Assembly: GCF_009914755.1 (NCBI RefSeq)
Contig: NC_060937.1
Length of the DNA: 64,000 nt
Reading direction: 5' to 3' (one strand)
Source of the DNA: the human T2T-CHM13v2.0 reference genome, Homo sapiens
Positions 44,530 to 58,834 of the stretch are shown here, in pieces. Position numbers and translations under genes: made by a program. The notes below the pieces were generated by a model. It worked only from the letters and a program-made list of their open reading frames with translations, made no database searches and was not told the DNA's origin. The stretch's first letter is position 1. Each line of letters begins with the position of its first letter.

Positions 44530-44838
44530 GGCCAGGTGTGATGGCTCTTGCCTGTAATCCCAGCACTTTGGGAGGCCAAGGCGAATGGATCACTTGAGGC
44601 TAGGAGTTTGAGACCAGCCTGGCCAACATGTTGAAACCCCGTCTCTACTAAAAATACAAAAAAATTAGCCAGGCATGGTGGTGAACTCCTGTAGTCCCAG
44701 CTACTCAGGAGGCTGAGGCAGAAGAATCACTTCAACCTAGGAGGCGGAGATTGTAGTAAGCCAAGATCACACCACTGCACTCCCGCCTGGTCAACAGAGT
44801 GATACTCTGTCTCAAAAAAAAAAAAAAAAAAGAAAAAG
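44530..44838 (+). mobile_element. AluSz/Sx-like
   Basis: Full dimer; TSD aaaaattaatacatat on both sides. Confidence 0.92.
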
Positions 44839-45065
44839 AAAAATTAATACATATGACTAACATGTATTACCAGTCCATTATTCCTCTTCTAAGATACAGT
44901 TAATGCCCTGAATTTTATGGTAATGGTTCTCTTTCTTTCTTTTAGAATTTTAAGTCATGTAGCTATTTCCCAAAATAATGTTCTTCAGCTTTTCTTGTTT
45001 TGATCTTTAAAAAACTGCATTCAGAATTCAGGCATTCTGTTCCATGGGTGTATATATACTAACAG

Positions 45066-45716
45066 TGGCATTTAGACAGGGTTGAATTTCAAAAGAAAAC
45101 TCACAGGGCCCAAAATGAAAATGCTTAGAAATGTGTAGTTCTTGTCAGAAAAAGAATTCAAAATAGCAACATCATTAAAGGAAGGATATCCATTAGAGAC
45201 TGCCTCACAGAGAATCTGAGGAAACCAGTCACAAACTTCAATCATTCTTTCCCTGGAAGCATCATACTGCAGATGCTTTTTCTTGGGAATCAGGAACCAC
45301 CCGTGTCTATATAGAATACCTGAGAAACAAGGAGAGAAAGTGGAGTCTCTTCCAGTGTTGTTCATATACTGCTTGTCACATAGAGATATTTCTGCTGTGA
45401 GTCCTAACAGCAAAGCCCTTCTATTTTTTCATACTACATGCAAATCATCAGTTTTGTTGTTATCAACAAACAATCCTGAAAATGTGGTACCAACTGCCAC
45501 AATACTCTTTAGACCCATGGTTACAAAGCATCATTATTGATCAAAATGTTTTATGCCTTGACCAGAGGTCAGTTCTTTCCTTATTCAAGTAAAACAGCTT
45601 AAACTAATTTCAGCCTGGTAGAATTAACCATTACAGCACATTGCATTTTTCCTTTCCTGTACAAGTGGCAATCTCTGTTTATCTTTTTTATAATCACAAT
45701 ATTTAAGACAACACCA
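45066..45716. mobile_element. Putative solo LTR of unassigned family inserted in an old antisense L1 ORF2 fragment
   Basis: TG...CA ends, 4-bp direct repeat acag (45062-45065 / 45717-45720), L1-like text on both sides (attctgttccatggg | tcaattttaaaatcagctt). Confidence 0.35.
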
Positions 45717-45719
45717 ACA

Positions 45720-46380
45720 GGTTTTTTTTAGCAGTGAGCTGGTTAGTCTTGATATCTTATCCTTCTATAATCAATTTTAAAATCAGCTTATTAAGTTATA
45801 TTGCTTCAAAAAGAAAAATAAGCAAAAAGCAAAACAATACTGTTCAGATGTTAAATGAATTGCACTGAAACTATAGGTTAACTTTGGAAAGTTAGCATTT
45901 CTACAATCTGGAGTCTTTCTATCAACATTTGTTTAGGTCTTCCTTAATTTTTTCCTTAAAGTCTAAAATTTTTTTCCTACAAGGCAAGAGATATTTTATT
46001 GGTTTACAGTTACTTCATATTTCTGTTCCATTAGAATATTTTATATAACACTTAAAATATTGTTATTAAAATATAAAAAATTGATTAATATATATTTATA
46101 TTGGAAGTCTATTTCAAAAACTTGCTAAAACTGTTATTCATTCTAACATTCTACTCTGGGGTTTCTACATAAACAAATAATAATCAAAGCATAATTTTTT
46201 TATCTTTTAAAATAATTATTTTAAATTCTTCTTCCCTTACATAACTATATGACATTAAATACTTGCTAGAAGTTTCAGCACAATATTGAAATGAAAATAT
46301 AAATGAATGATAATGAATATACTTTTTATGTATTAAAGAAAATGCCTTAAGTACTGCATAAGAGTTTAAGTTTTCTCTAT
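45720..46380 (-). mobile_element. Old L1M ORF2 fragment
   Basis: gaattgcactgaaactataggttaactttggaaagttagcatttctacaatctggagtctttctatc...gtttaggtcttcctt. Confidence 0.6.
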
Positions 46381-46388
46381 TTTTCATA

Positions 46389-46421
46389 TTATGTTTGGTG
46401 CAAAAGTAACTGAGGTTTCTG
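46389..46421 (+). mobile_element. Half MADE1 (single Hsmar1-type TIR)
   Basis: ta-ttatgtttggtgcaaaagtaactgaggtttctg versus ttaggttggtgcaaaagtaattgcggtttttg. Confidence 0.6.
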
Positions 46422-46972
46422 AAAAAACTAGTTTGTTTAAATAGCCCTGTAAAATTTTAATTATAATAATCTGCACATACTTGAAGTGCAGAATTTGATT
46501 AGCTCTGCCATATATGTGTGTGTGAAAAACAATACCATATCAACATGATAAATATATCCATCACCAAAGGAGACTTTACCTGGACCCCTTTGAAATTCTT
46601 TTTCCTCTTGCCTCTTACCATTCTACTACATGTCCAGGTAATCTATTTTATACTAGCTCTAGAGATCAGTAAATCAGTGTGTGATATTTAACTATTTTTT
46701 AAATTAGATAACCTATTCTAACACAACACTCTAAGACTAGAAACATTATATACATTATATACTTAGGATAAGACTGTTGGAACAACAATGAGGCAGCTAG
46801 TGGCCTGGGCTCCATTTACAAAATTCCACCTCTGAATAAGGGTCTATAATTATGTTGTGTCTTTGGAGATCAATCTCACTTTAGAGCCAGTATTAGTTTT
46901 ATTCTGGAAGATATTCACAGATATTCATATACCAACTCTCCAGTTTACATTCACCTTTTTTAGAGAATATGG

Positions 46973-47483
46973 TGTATTAGTTAGGGTTCTCTTAGAAGGA
47001 CAGAACTAATAGGAGCTATATATCTATATCTCTATATCTCTATATCTATCTATCTATCTATCTATGTATCTATGTATCTATCTATCTGGGGGGAGTTCAT
47101 TAAGTATTAACTATTAGCTTACATGATCACAACGTCACACGATAGGCTTTCTACAAGCTGAAGAGCAAGGAGAGCCAGTCCAAGTCCTAAAACTGAAGAA
47201 CTTGGAGTCCGATGTTCAAAGGCAGGAAACATCCAGCAGGGGAGAAAGATGTAGACTGGGAGGCTAGGCCCATCTCTCATTTTTCATGTTTTTTTTTTCT
47301 GTCTGCTTGATATTCACTGGAAGCTAATTAGTTTGTGCCCACCAGATTAATGGTGGATCTGCCTTCCCCAGCCCACTGACTCAAATGGTAATCTCTTTTG
47401 GCAACACCCACACAGACACACCCAGGATTAATACTTTGTATCCCTCATTCCAATTAAGTTGACACTCAGTATTAACCATCACA
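46973..47483 (-). mobile_element. MLT2A1/A2 (HERVL) solo LTR with internal (TATC)n
   Basis: tgtattagttagggttctc...gaagaacttggagtccgatgttc...gacactcagtattaaccatcaca; perfect TSD tatgg. Confidence 0.92.
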
Positions 47484-48251
47484 TATGGCAACATATCTTT
47501 CTGGATAGGACCTAGAGAAACTTTCAAATAATGACTTGTAACTTCTCTACACTGAAGGAATATATACACAATTTGTAATTTAATTTTGAGTGTATATTTG
47601 ACAAAACTACATGTACTACAAATTACCCTTTAATTCAAATTGCCAAACCTCCCTCCAAAAAAAAAAAAAAGTAACATACTCAAACTTGACCATTGTATGT
47701 GTTTAATAAATAAGTTATTTTCTCAAAGATATAAACAAGGCCAGGACACCAATATGGAATAGTAAATCATTTTAGGCGTAATGAAAGCAAGAAGCCATTA
47801 CTACTCTCTTTAAGGAATAAAGAGTTATTGCAGCTGAATAGCTACTGGAATTCAGTAAGAGCTGGAGCTAAAGGAGTGTCTGGCAGCAGCTGTGGGCTCC
47901 TATAATAAGAGCCAATGCTTCATCATGGATCCGTACGGAAGAGCCCCTAGGATAAGTTGCCTTTTCTTCTACTGGCAACTCTTTTGGAAATAATACAACT
48001 TTAAACTAATGTACAGGGAAATCTAAAGTTCCTAAAGTTCAAGCAGTCATTAGAGGTTTTCCTTCAGAAACACAGAGTATGATGGGAAGAATGGATATTA
48101 GGGCTTAAGGTACACCAAGTATATTCATCCTAGGAGCATACAAACAAAAAATAATTAAGGTGCATAAATTCAAATTTTTCTTTTATGATAGAGATTAAGA
48201 TGTTTTGCTAAGTTGTATAATAGCATTAATTATTTAGAAAAAGCTACACGA

Positions 48252-48583
<332 letters not shown>

Positions 48584-50667
48584 TCATCTTCTATATATAT
48601 ATTTCTCTTATTGCTTAAAATTATATTTTGAAACTGTTTTATTTCCTCGACTGTCCCACTAAATGACCTCAAGAGAAAAGAAAATCTTTATGAGTTTTGT
48701 TATTTGATACCCCAGGGGATAATCGGATGCATATTTGAAAAAATGAATATTTTTAAAGTAAACTACAACAATTGTTTTCTAAATTTTTTTCATTAATAAG
48801 GTTAATTCTCTATATTTTATTAATCTAAAAATAATAAATATGCAAATATATTCATAGGAAAACATTAATAAGTATTAAGGATTGCAAAACATGCTACTTA
48901 TAAATTACTCTTAACTATTTTTATTTATTGAGTACAATTTTCCACATTTAATTTACATATGAAATATACAAATTACTAGTTTTCATTAATGTATGCTTCA
49001 CAATTCACTAATTTGTCACTTCATTTACCTTACTTTGTATCAATATATTTAAATTTAGATGGAAAAAATGCCAGATAAGAAGCAAGACTAGCTTGCAGCT
49101 CCCACTCAGACAGAACAGTGTGTGAAGGCTCATCTTGTGAACTTTTGCTCCAAGAACTGCCACAGAAATGTTTGAGAAAAACTGAAAGAATTCACAGACC
49201 CTTTGAAAAAAGCTGCTTACTGCTGCAAACTCTGATTGATAGACAACCAAAAAGCACACAAAGTGTGAGAGGTGGAAAGTCTGCCTCTGAACATACATCC
49301 TCACGAGGGAGCCTGAAAAATCCAGATCACATGGGAGGGATTTAACCTTACCTAGAGCTGAAATGAATTTAGGGAGTCGAGCAAAATATAAAAGTAGAAA
49401 AATCAGTGGAAAGAGCCCTGGAGGCACTCCCGGTCCCCAGGGAAGCCATTTCTGACTTTATCTTACAGGGGTTTTTGGGGAGAATTGCCAGTAGAATTGG
49501 AGAAAGACCACAGGGAAGAGGAAACTTCCAAGTGAACTTTGTAATAATTTTGACCAAGCGTGAATTTTCCAGGGCAGAATCTAGGAGTGGGAGGGCAAAC
49601 AGTAAGTATAGATAAAAGCAAAGAAGTCACAGCAGAAAGCAGGTGAAGCCTTGAAAGTCCTCCTTCCTTTCTCAGTGGGGAGGCTATTAGTCTGGGACAA
49701 GTTCCCAGCCCTGCTCACCAGCTGCCTGGATATAAACTCGGCTGCTGGGGGAGCACAGTGAAAGTGAGACTGGCCTTTCCAGCTTTGTGGGAGCTGGGTG
49801 AGGCCTGTCTCTGCCAGCTTTTCTCCACTTCCTTGGTGACCTGTAGGACATAGAAGAGGCATCCATAATCCCCTGGGAAAAACTCCATTGTCCTGAAAAA
49901 GACACCTCCATCCCCCACAGTGGCTGCAACAAGCCCCGCCCAATGAGAGTCTGAGCCCAGACACACCTAAACCTGCTCCCACCTGATGGTCTTTCTCTAC
50001 CTGCGCTGGTAGCCAGAGACAAAAGATAGACTCTCTTGGGAGCTCTAGGGCCCTGCCCAACACCTGATTCTCCTTATACTACTGCAGCTGATGCTCTCTT
50101 GAAGGTTCCACCTTTTGGCTAGTGGCCAGCCAACACAAACCATTACAGTGACTCATAATAGAACAACCTGCCCCAAGAAAGGAGTAAACAACAGCTAACT
50201 CCACCGCTTGTAACATTCTGGCTAACAAGAAGTCCTCAGTCTGTCCACATGACAACTTTACTGCCAGCACAACCAGCATTTGAGAAAAACAGCACACTAA
50301 GCAAAACTAGAACCAAGGTCCCACACAGAGTTTGCCTCACTCCTCTGCTACCTTCACCAGAGCAGGTGTGCTGGTGTCCATGACTGAGAGACCTGAAGAC
50401 AGATCACATCACAGGACTCTTTGTAGACACTCCCCAGTACCAGTCCTAAGCCCAGTAGCTCCATGGGGTGGCTGGACCTGGAAGAGAAATAACAATCACT
50501 GCAGTCTGGCTCTCAAAAAGCCCCAGCTTGAAGGGAAGGGGGACAGCATCACATCAAGGTAGCACCCTGAGAGACAAAATAATCTGAACAGCAGCCCTTG
50601 AGCCCCAAATCTTTCCTCGACATAGTCTACCCAAATAAAAAGGAACCAGAAAAACAATTATGGTAGT

Positions 50668-51935
<1,268 letters not shown>

Positions 51936-52064
51936 TCCTGTAACAGAACCTCGAAGTGCACCAAAATGGAACCTTCTTAAAGCATAAATCTCGCAAGACC
52001 TATAAAACAATAAGACAATGAAAATGACAAAACAAAACAAGATATTCAGGCAACAACTAGCGTA

Positions 52065-54612
52065 ATGAATAGAATAGTACTTTACATGTCAATACTAATG
52101 CTGAATGTAAATGGCCTAAATGCTCCACTTAACAGATACAGAATGGCAGAATGGATAAGAATTCACCAATCAAGTATCTACTATCTTCAAGAAACCTACA
52201 TAACACATAAGGATTCACATAAACTTAAGGTAAAGGGGTGGAAAAATATATTTCATAGAAATGGACACCAAAAGCAAGCAAGAGTAGCTATTCTTATATT
52301 AGACAAAATACTTTAAAGCAAAAACAGTTAAAAAACACAAAGGACATTATGTAACCATAAAAGGACTATTCCAACAGGAAAATATCACAATTCTAAATAT
52401 ATATTCACCTAACACTGGACATCCCAAATTTATAAAACAATTAGTACAGACCTAAAAAATTAGATAAATGGCCACACAGAAGTGGAGGACTTCAATACTC
52501 TGCTGAAAGCACTAGACAGGTCATTAAGACAGAAAGTCAACAAAGAAACAATGGACTCAAACTATAGCCTAGACAAATGCCCTTAGATATTTAAAGAACA
52601 TTCTACCCAACAATTGTAGAATGTACATTCTATTCATCAGCACACAGAACATCCTCCAATATAGACAATATGATAGGCCACAAAACAAGTCTCAATAAAT
52701 ATTAAGAAATTGAAATTATATCAAGTACTTTCAGATAACAGTGGAAAAAAATTGGAAATAAACTCCTAAAGGAACCCTCAAAGCTGTTGAAATACATAAG
52801 AATTAAATAACCTGCTCCTGAATGATCATTTGGGTTAACAATGAAGTCAAGATGAAAGTTATAAAATTCTTTGAACTGAATGATAATAGTGACACAACCT
52901 ATCAAAATCTCTGGGATAAAGCAAAGGTGGTGCTAAAAGGAAAGTTCATAGCCTTAAATGCCTACATCAAAAAGTCTGAAAGAGCAGAAATAGAAAATCT
53001 AAGGTCACAACTCAAGGAACTAGAGAAACAGGAGCAAACCAAACCCAAATCCAGCAGAAGAAAAGAAATTACAAAGATCAGAGCACAACTAAATAAAATT
53101 GAAAGAAACAAATTAAAAAATACAAGAGATAAACGAAACAAAAACCGGGTTCTTTGAAAAGAGAAACAAAATTGGTAGCAAAATTAACCAATAAAATAAG
53201 AGAGAAGATCCAAATAAGCCAATTAGAAACAAAACAGGAGGCATTAGAACTGATACCACAGAAACACAAAAGATTATTCAAGGCTACTATGAATAGCTTT
53301 ATGCACACAAACTAGAAAATCTAGAGGAGTTGGATTAATTCCTGGAATATACAACCCTCCTAGATTAAACCAGAAAGAAAAAGAAACTCTGAAGAGACCA
53401 ATAACAAGCATCAAGACTGAAATGATAATTAAAGAATTGCCAACAACAAAAAAAAGTTCAGGACCAGATTGATTCACACCTGGATTCTATCAGACATTCA
53501 AAGAAGAATTGGTACCAATCTTGTTGATGCTATTCCAAAAGATAGAGAAAGAGGGAATCCTTCCTAAATCATTTTATGAAGCCAGTATCACCCTACTATC
53601 AAAATCAGGAAAGGACATTAAAAAAAGAAAACTACAGTCCAATATCCCTGATGAACATAGATGCAAAAAAATCTCAACAAAATACGAGCTAACTGATTCT
53701 AACAGCATATCAAAAAAAAAAAAAAAAATCCAACATGATCAAGTTGGTTTTACACCAGGGATGCAGGGATGGTTTAACCTATGCAAGTCAATAAATGTGA
53801 TACACAACATAAACAGAATTAACAAAAATCATATGATCATCTCAGTAGATGCAGAAAAAGCATTTTGGAACATCCAGCATCACTTTATCATTAAAACCCT
53901 CAGCAAAATCGGCATGGAAGGAACATACCTTAAGGTAATAAAAACCATTTTTGGCAAACCCATAGCCAACATTATACAGAATGGGGAAAAGTTGAAAGCA
54001 TTCCTCTTGAGACCTAGAACAGGACAAGGATACCCACTTTCACTACATCTGTTGACCATAGTACTGGAAGTAATAGCCAGAGCAATCGGACAAGAGAAGG
54101 AAATAAAGAGCATTTAAATCAGTAAAAAAGAAGTCAAACTGTCGCTATTCAATGACAATATGAGTGTATACCTAGAAAACCCTAAAGACTAATCCAAAAA
54201 GCTCCTAGAACTGATAAATGAACTGAGTAAAGTTTCTGTATAAAAAGTAAATGTACACAATCAGTATCACTTGTATATACCAACAGTGACCCTGCTGAGA
54301 ATCAAATGAAGAAGTTAACTTTTTTTATAATAACTGTAAATGTGAATGTATGTAAATACACACACACGTATACATACAGACACACACGCACACTCACATA
54401 CATACTTAGGGATATATGTAGTGAAGGAAGTATGCCTAATGAAGGAAGTGAAAGACCACTACAAGGAAAACTGCAAAACACTGCTGAAGGAAATCATAGA
54501 TGATGCAAACAAATGGCAACCCATTCTATGCTCATGAATGGGTAGAATCAATATTGTGAAAATGACCATACTGCCCAAAGCAATCTATAAATTCAATGCA
54601 ATTCCCATTAAA
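52065..54612 (+). pseudogene. L1 ORF2p remnant (endonuclease and reverse transcriptase), disrupted
   Basis: [65 protein letters not shown]; multiple stops and frameshifts. Confidence 0.92.
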
Positions 54613-54726
54613 AGTTTCCTGAGGTCTCCCAGGCATGTGGAGCTGTGAGTCAATTAAATCTCTTTTCTTGATAAATTACCCTGTCTTGGATATTTATTCA
54701 TAACAGCATGAGAATGCACTAATACA
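54612..54726 (+). mobile_element. THE1 (C/D-like) LTR 3' fragment
   Basis: aagtttcctgaggtctccc...ctgtgagtcaattaaatctc...gcatgagaatgcactaataca. Confidence 0.85.
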
Positions 54727-55049
54727 CCCAGATTTTGCTTCCCATTTTACCTAATAAGTAGGTACAATTCTGAGTTCTAATTCAGTAGAAGACTTAGATT
54801 TACTTTCAGGAATTATTATCAGAGATAGTAAGTATACAACTCTGGAAGAAAACAATAAAACAAAACTAAACATCTCAAATATCAGTAACCATCTACCCAC
54901 TCCCTAATAGATGACAGTTTTTTCCATTCTTTGGGGATTGTTCCTTCCTGACATCAAAGATCATAACCTACAGATACTAAAGCTGTGAATATCCCAGCGC
55001 AATCACTCATTTAGATATTTCACAATAGAGAAAATCTTAAAACTTCCAA

Positions 55050-56110
55050 ATAAGAGTAGAAAACTTCTTTATGTATAAAGTTTCAAAAATCAATAGTATT
55101 TCAGTCTTTTCAAAAGCAATACTAGAATCTGGACAATATTGGATAAAGTTTGAAGAAGATGATTTCACATTTGTAAGTCTATTCACACCAAAGATATTTA
55201 TGACATGAGAAAGTAGAGTAAAAATACGATCACACATAATGGCTTCAAAATAATACATCTAGATGTCCTTTCTCTGTAGCCAATTAACAGATACATTCAA
55301 CAAAAATGTGGGAATAAAAAAAGAAAAAGAAAGATGTGAAATAAACATATAAGAATTAATAAAAAATTGAAGAGAATTCCAAAAGAATATGTAAAAGATA
55401 AGCAAAGACATTGCTCTGCACTTGCCTTAGAATTCAGTAAGCAGAGACTGAACTAGAAGAATACAAATATCAAGGAAGCAAGGTCATATAATTCAAATAA
55501 AAATGATATATTAACTAAAATATTTTGGTAAAGTATTTTGACTGTACTGCAAGATTTATACTGGGGAGACTTTGGCAATGTATTTTTAACACCTGCTTTG
55601 ATATCAAAGCAAATGGAAGAGAGAGAAATACAGAAGGGGAAGTAAGGACAGCAGAATAATGCTAGAATAACACAAAATACTTGAATATCAGAAAGAAAGT
55701 CCTGGTACTACATGTCTTATACTTGACTACTATTACACAGATTTAATAATATAAACATATCATACCTTTATGATAATATACTATGTATTATTATTGGTAA
55801 ATATAAGAAGTGGAGAAGTGTGTAGGTGATTGTTTATGGGCAAGTTGGATGTTTAGGAGTGAAGGGAAAGATGAAATAGAGACTGAAACCTTGTCTTTCT
55901 TTGTGGAATTCCAATATATAATGGCTAAAATTCATCAATAAAAGAAAACTAGTATTTATGTGTTCTAAAAAACACGGAGGTATGTAAAAAAGAAATTACT
56001 GGAGTAATTGAAAATGATTGTCTATGGAAGAGTAAGCATTGGCAGTTGGCAAAGTAAATGAAACTATTATTTTACTTTAGAGTCTTTTAGAACAACTTTA
56101 CTTCAAAGGA
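55050..56110 (+). mobile_element. Decayed HAL1/old L1 ORF1-like sequence
   Basis: cagtcttttcaaaagcaatactagaatctggacaatattgg; aaaatgattgtctatggaagagtaag. Confidence 0.35.
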
Positions 56111-58439
56111 AATAAAACAATGTATGCAGTAGGTCATATAACTCTTAACAAAATACATTTTTATCCACTCACCCATGTACCTGATTGTAAAATGATTTTT
56201 CCAAAAGAAACCTCTGATTTGATTTTTCCCATTTACTATAAAAATTACATATATCTATATATGAGAATAATTGTACACAGTATTCTACACTCATTTTTCT
56301 TTCATTAAAATATTTTAAGATCCTGTTACTTCATTATGTTTGTGCTATTCTTTTAATATTTTATATTATTCTGTGGTCTTTCATTGTGTGTCACATTTCA
56401 CTAATTTCAAGCAGACTTTTAAAAACATCTCTGAAACTAAATTGTGTCTTATAATTGATAGTGTCTTTCTGATATAATTGGTAGTTTTATGTTTTGTTTT
56501 CATTTGTAAGTATATAAAATACTAATGTAATTAACAATAGTATTATACATTAAATAAAATTATGTTAAATCAGTCTCTAAGACATGTAGGTAATTCTCTG
56601 TACTTCAAAGTTAAAAACAATATTGGAATGTTGTGATAGATATATGAAAACTTTTTGGCACAAGTGAAAAATGTCATTAGCATTAAAAATATAGAATGAA
56701 ATTTCTAGGTCAATGTAAATGCATTTTTAATTTTGATAAAATAAGAGAATTGACTTGTAAGGAGGATATAATTTCTCTATTCTTTTTGAAGCATTGATGT
56801 CTTTAGGACTACAAAACACCTTTTTAATTTTAGTCATTATTATTGTTGCCAGGCAAATTGGTTGAAATGGTAACACCTTGTATTGTGGTTTTATTCATTT
56901 TTTTTTAATTACAAGAAAGTGAGACACACTTAAATGGTTTATATCACTTATAATTTTATTTAATGTGAAGTACTTCTTCATATAGTTTTCTCATTTTCTA
57001 TTGAGTCATTGGTATCAAAATATTTATGGAAACTCTTCAAATATTAAGCAGCATAATTGTTCCATGATTAATTTGTAAATATTATTTAATAAATATTTAT
57101 AATTTCTAATAATATAAATAGACACTTAATATATTCTATTTAAGGATAATAATTCACCAGAAAATTATGTTACTTGTGCTTAATTAATTGGACCAAATGC
57201 ATGTTTTATTTTTGAGAATTACATTATTTCATTCAAGGATTTATTAAGAGAGAAAGAGAAATAATTATGTGCATTAAAATATTATATTTTTGATAATCAC
57301 TATTTTCCATATTTGAATCCTGCTTTATCAAAACTATATATGCCTTTGAATAAGTAAAATAAAACCCTATATGACTTTCAAAAAGTCAGAATTTTAAATG
57401 CAAAACCATTTTAAAATGTTTTGCAAATTATATACATTCTAAGCATTGCCACATAAATATCATATACATTAAGATAACTCTACACTTACCTCCTTTTACC
57501 CCATTGGTAAAACATACTTCTAATTATTGCGAATGATATAAATTTGTAATCAGACTGGAAATACACTGGAAAATATTGAAATTGTTCAAACTTGCATCTG
57601 AATGACCAGTGTAACCTCACCTAGACAGTGAACATAACTTTATTATATTGTAAACTTTTTTTCTTAGAGATAATATCACTGTGCCACACAAATATAAAAA
57701 TAGGAAATTAAACTAGATAAGAGAGTAGCAATGACAGGCAAAGACAGTGTAAGAGAGATACGCTGTATCTACATCTACCAGAATCAGCTGGAGCTCTGTG
57801 GCAGCAGGGAGAACTAGCATTCCCAAACCACCTCTGATATCACAGCGATGGTATTCAGGAACTGTCAAAATGAAGCCTTAACTGATCCTAATTTCCAGGA
57901 TGATATATAGCAGCAGACAGTGCCTCAATGAAACCTTTGTTTACTTACAACTTTAATAACCTAGGCAATAGAAATGGGAAAATCTATAAACTGCTTTTAA
58001 AAGACATTTTATAAACCTTTAGGACAACCTCATTTCAATGTTTAGCATATGCATTCTAATTTGAGACCATGTGGCAAAATGTTCCTAACCTAGACTTGTT
58101 GTTTCTTTATCAGCTGTCAGAAGAAAATTCATTTTGACATTAAAGCCATTTATGTTTCACCTCTGTGATAACATATTTTATTCTACAACTTATTGAACAT
58201 ATAATGTAAACAAAGCAACAGTGTCCTCACTATTGGTATTATTTAAAAATAAACTAATAAAGCAGATACTTTACAAGTTTCAAAGTATAATTTGGAATCA
58301 AACATTTTACTAACAATTTTACTTGCTATATTTATATTGGAAGGTCCATACTTTTTCTCCATCTAGCATGTTAGCACATTATAGATTTTAATCAAGTATA
58401 CTTTTCCTAATTACTTCCCTGGATTTAGATGGCATTGAA

Positions 58440-58800
58440 ATACTTTCATGGCTGGATAAGTCAGGCAACATAATCATAAGATTGTCCTGTGTAGGCAAGA
58501 CCTTCAGCAGCTAGAACTTTTAAATTGTACACTGCACAGAGGACATATTCAATATAAGCAAAGTTTTTGAATTTTTTTCTACCCCCAGAGGTCTATACAC
58601 CTGTGTCTTTCTCAAATTTCTTTGTTCCTGATATTCCAGTCTTTCTCTTTCTAACCCCCTAACAAGGCCAACTGTATGTTTGCCAATGCTCAGTAGCCTC
58701 TCTCTCACTATATATATTTTTTCACATTATATATATATGTAGTCACATATTATATATATGTGTGTGTGTATATATATATATACATACCCAATATATTCAC

Positions 58801-58834
<34 letters not shown>

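Noticed and set aside
49008-50562. Cluster of 70-160 aa ORFs in a GC-richer block
   Set aside because: They lie in the L1PB 5'UTR; higher GC explains the ORF length and no protein family is recognisable
53509-54117. Longest ORF (202 aa) as a gene
   Set aside because: It is a frameshifted piece of L1 ORF2 reverse transcriptase, not a host gene
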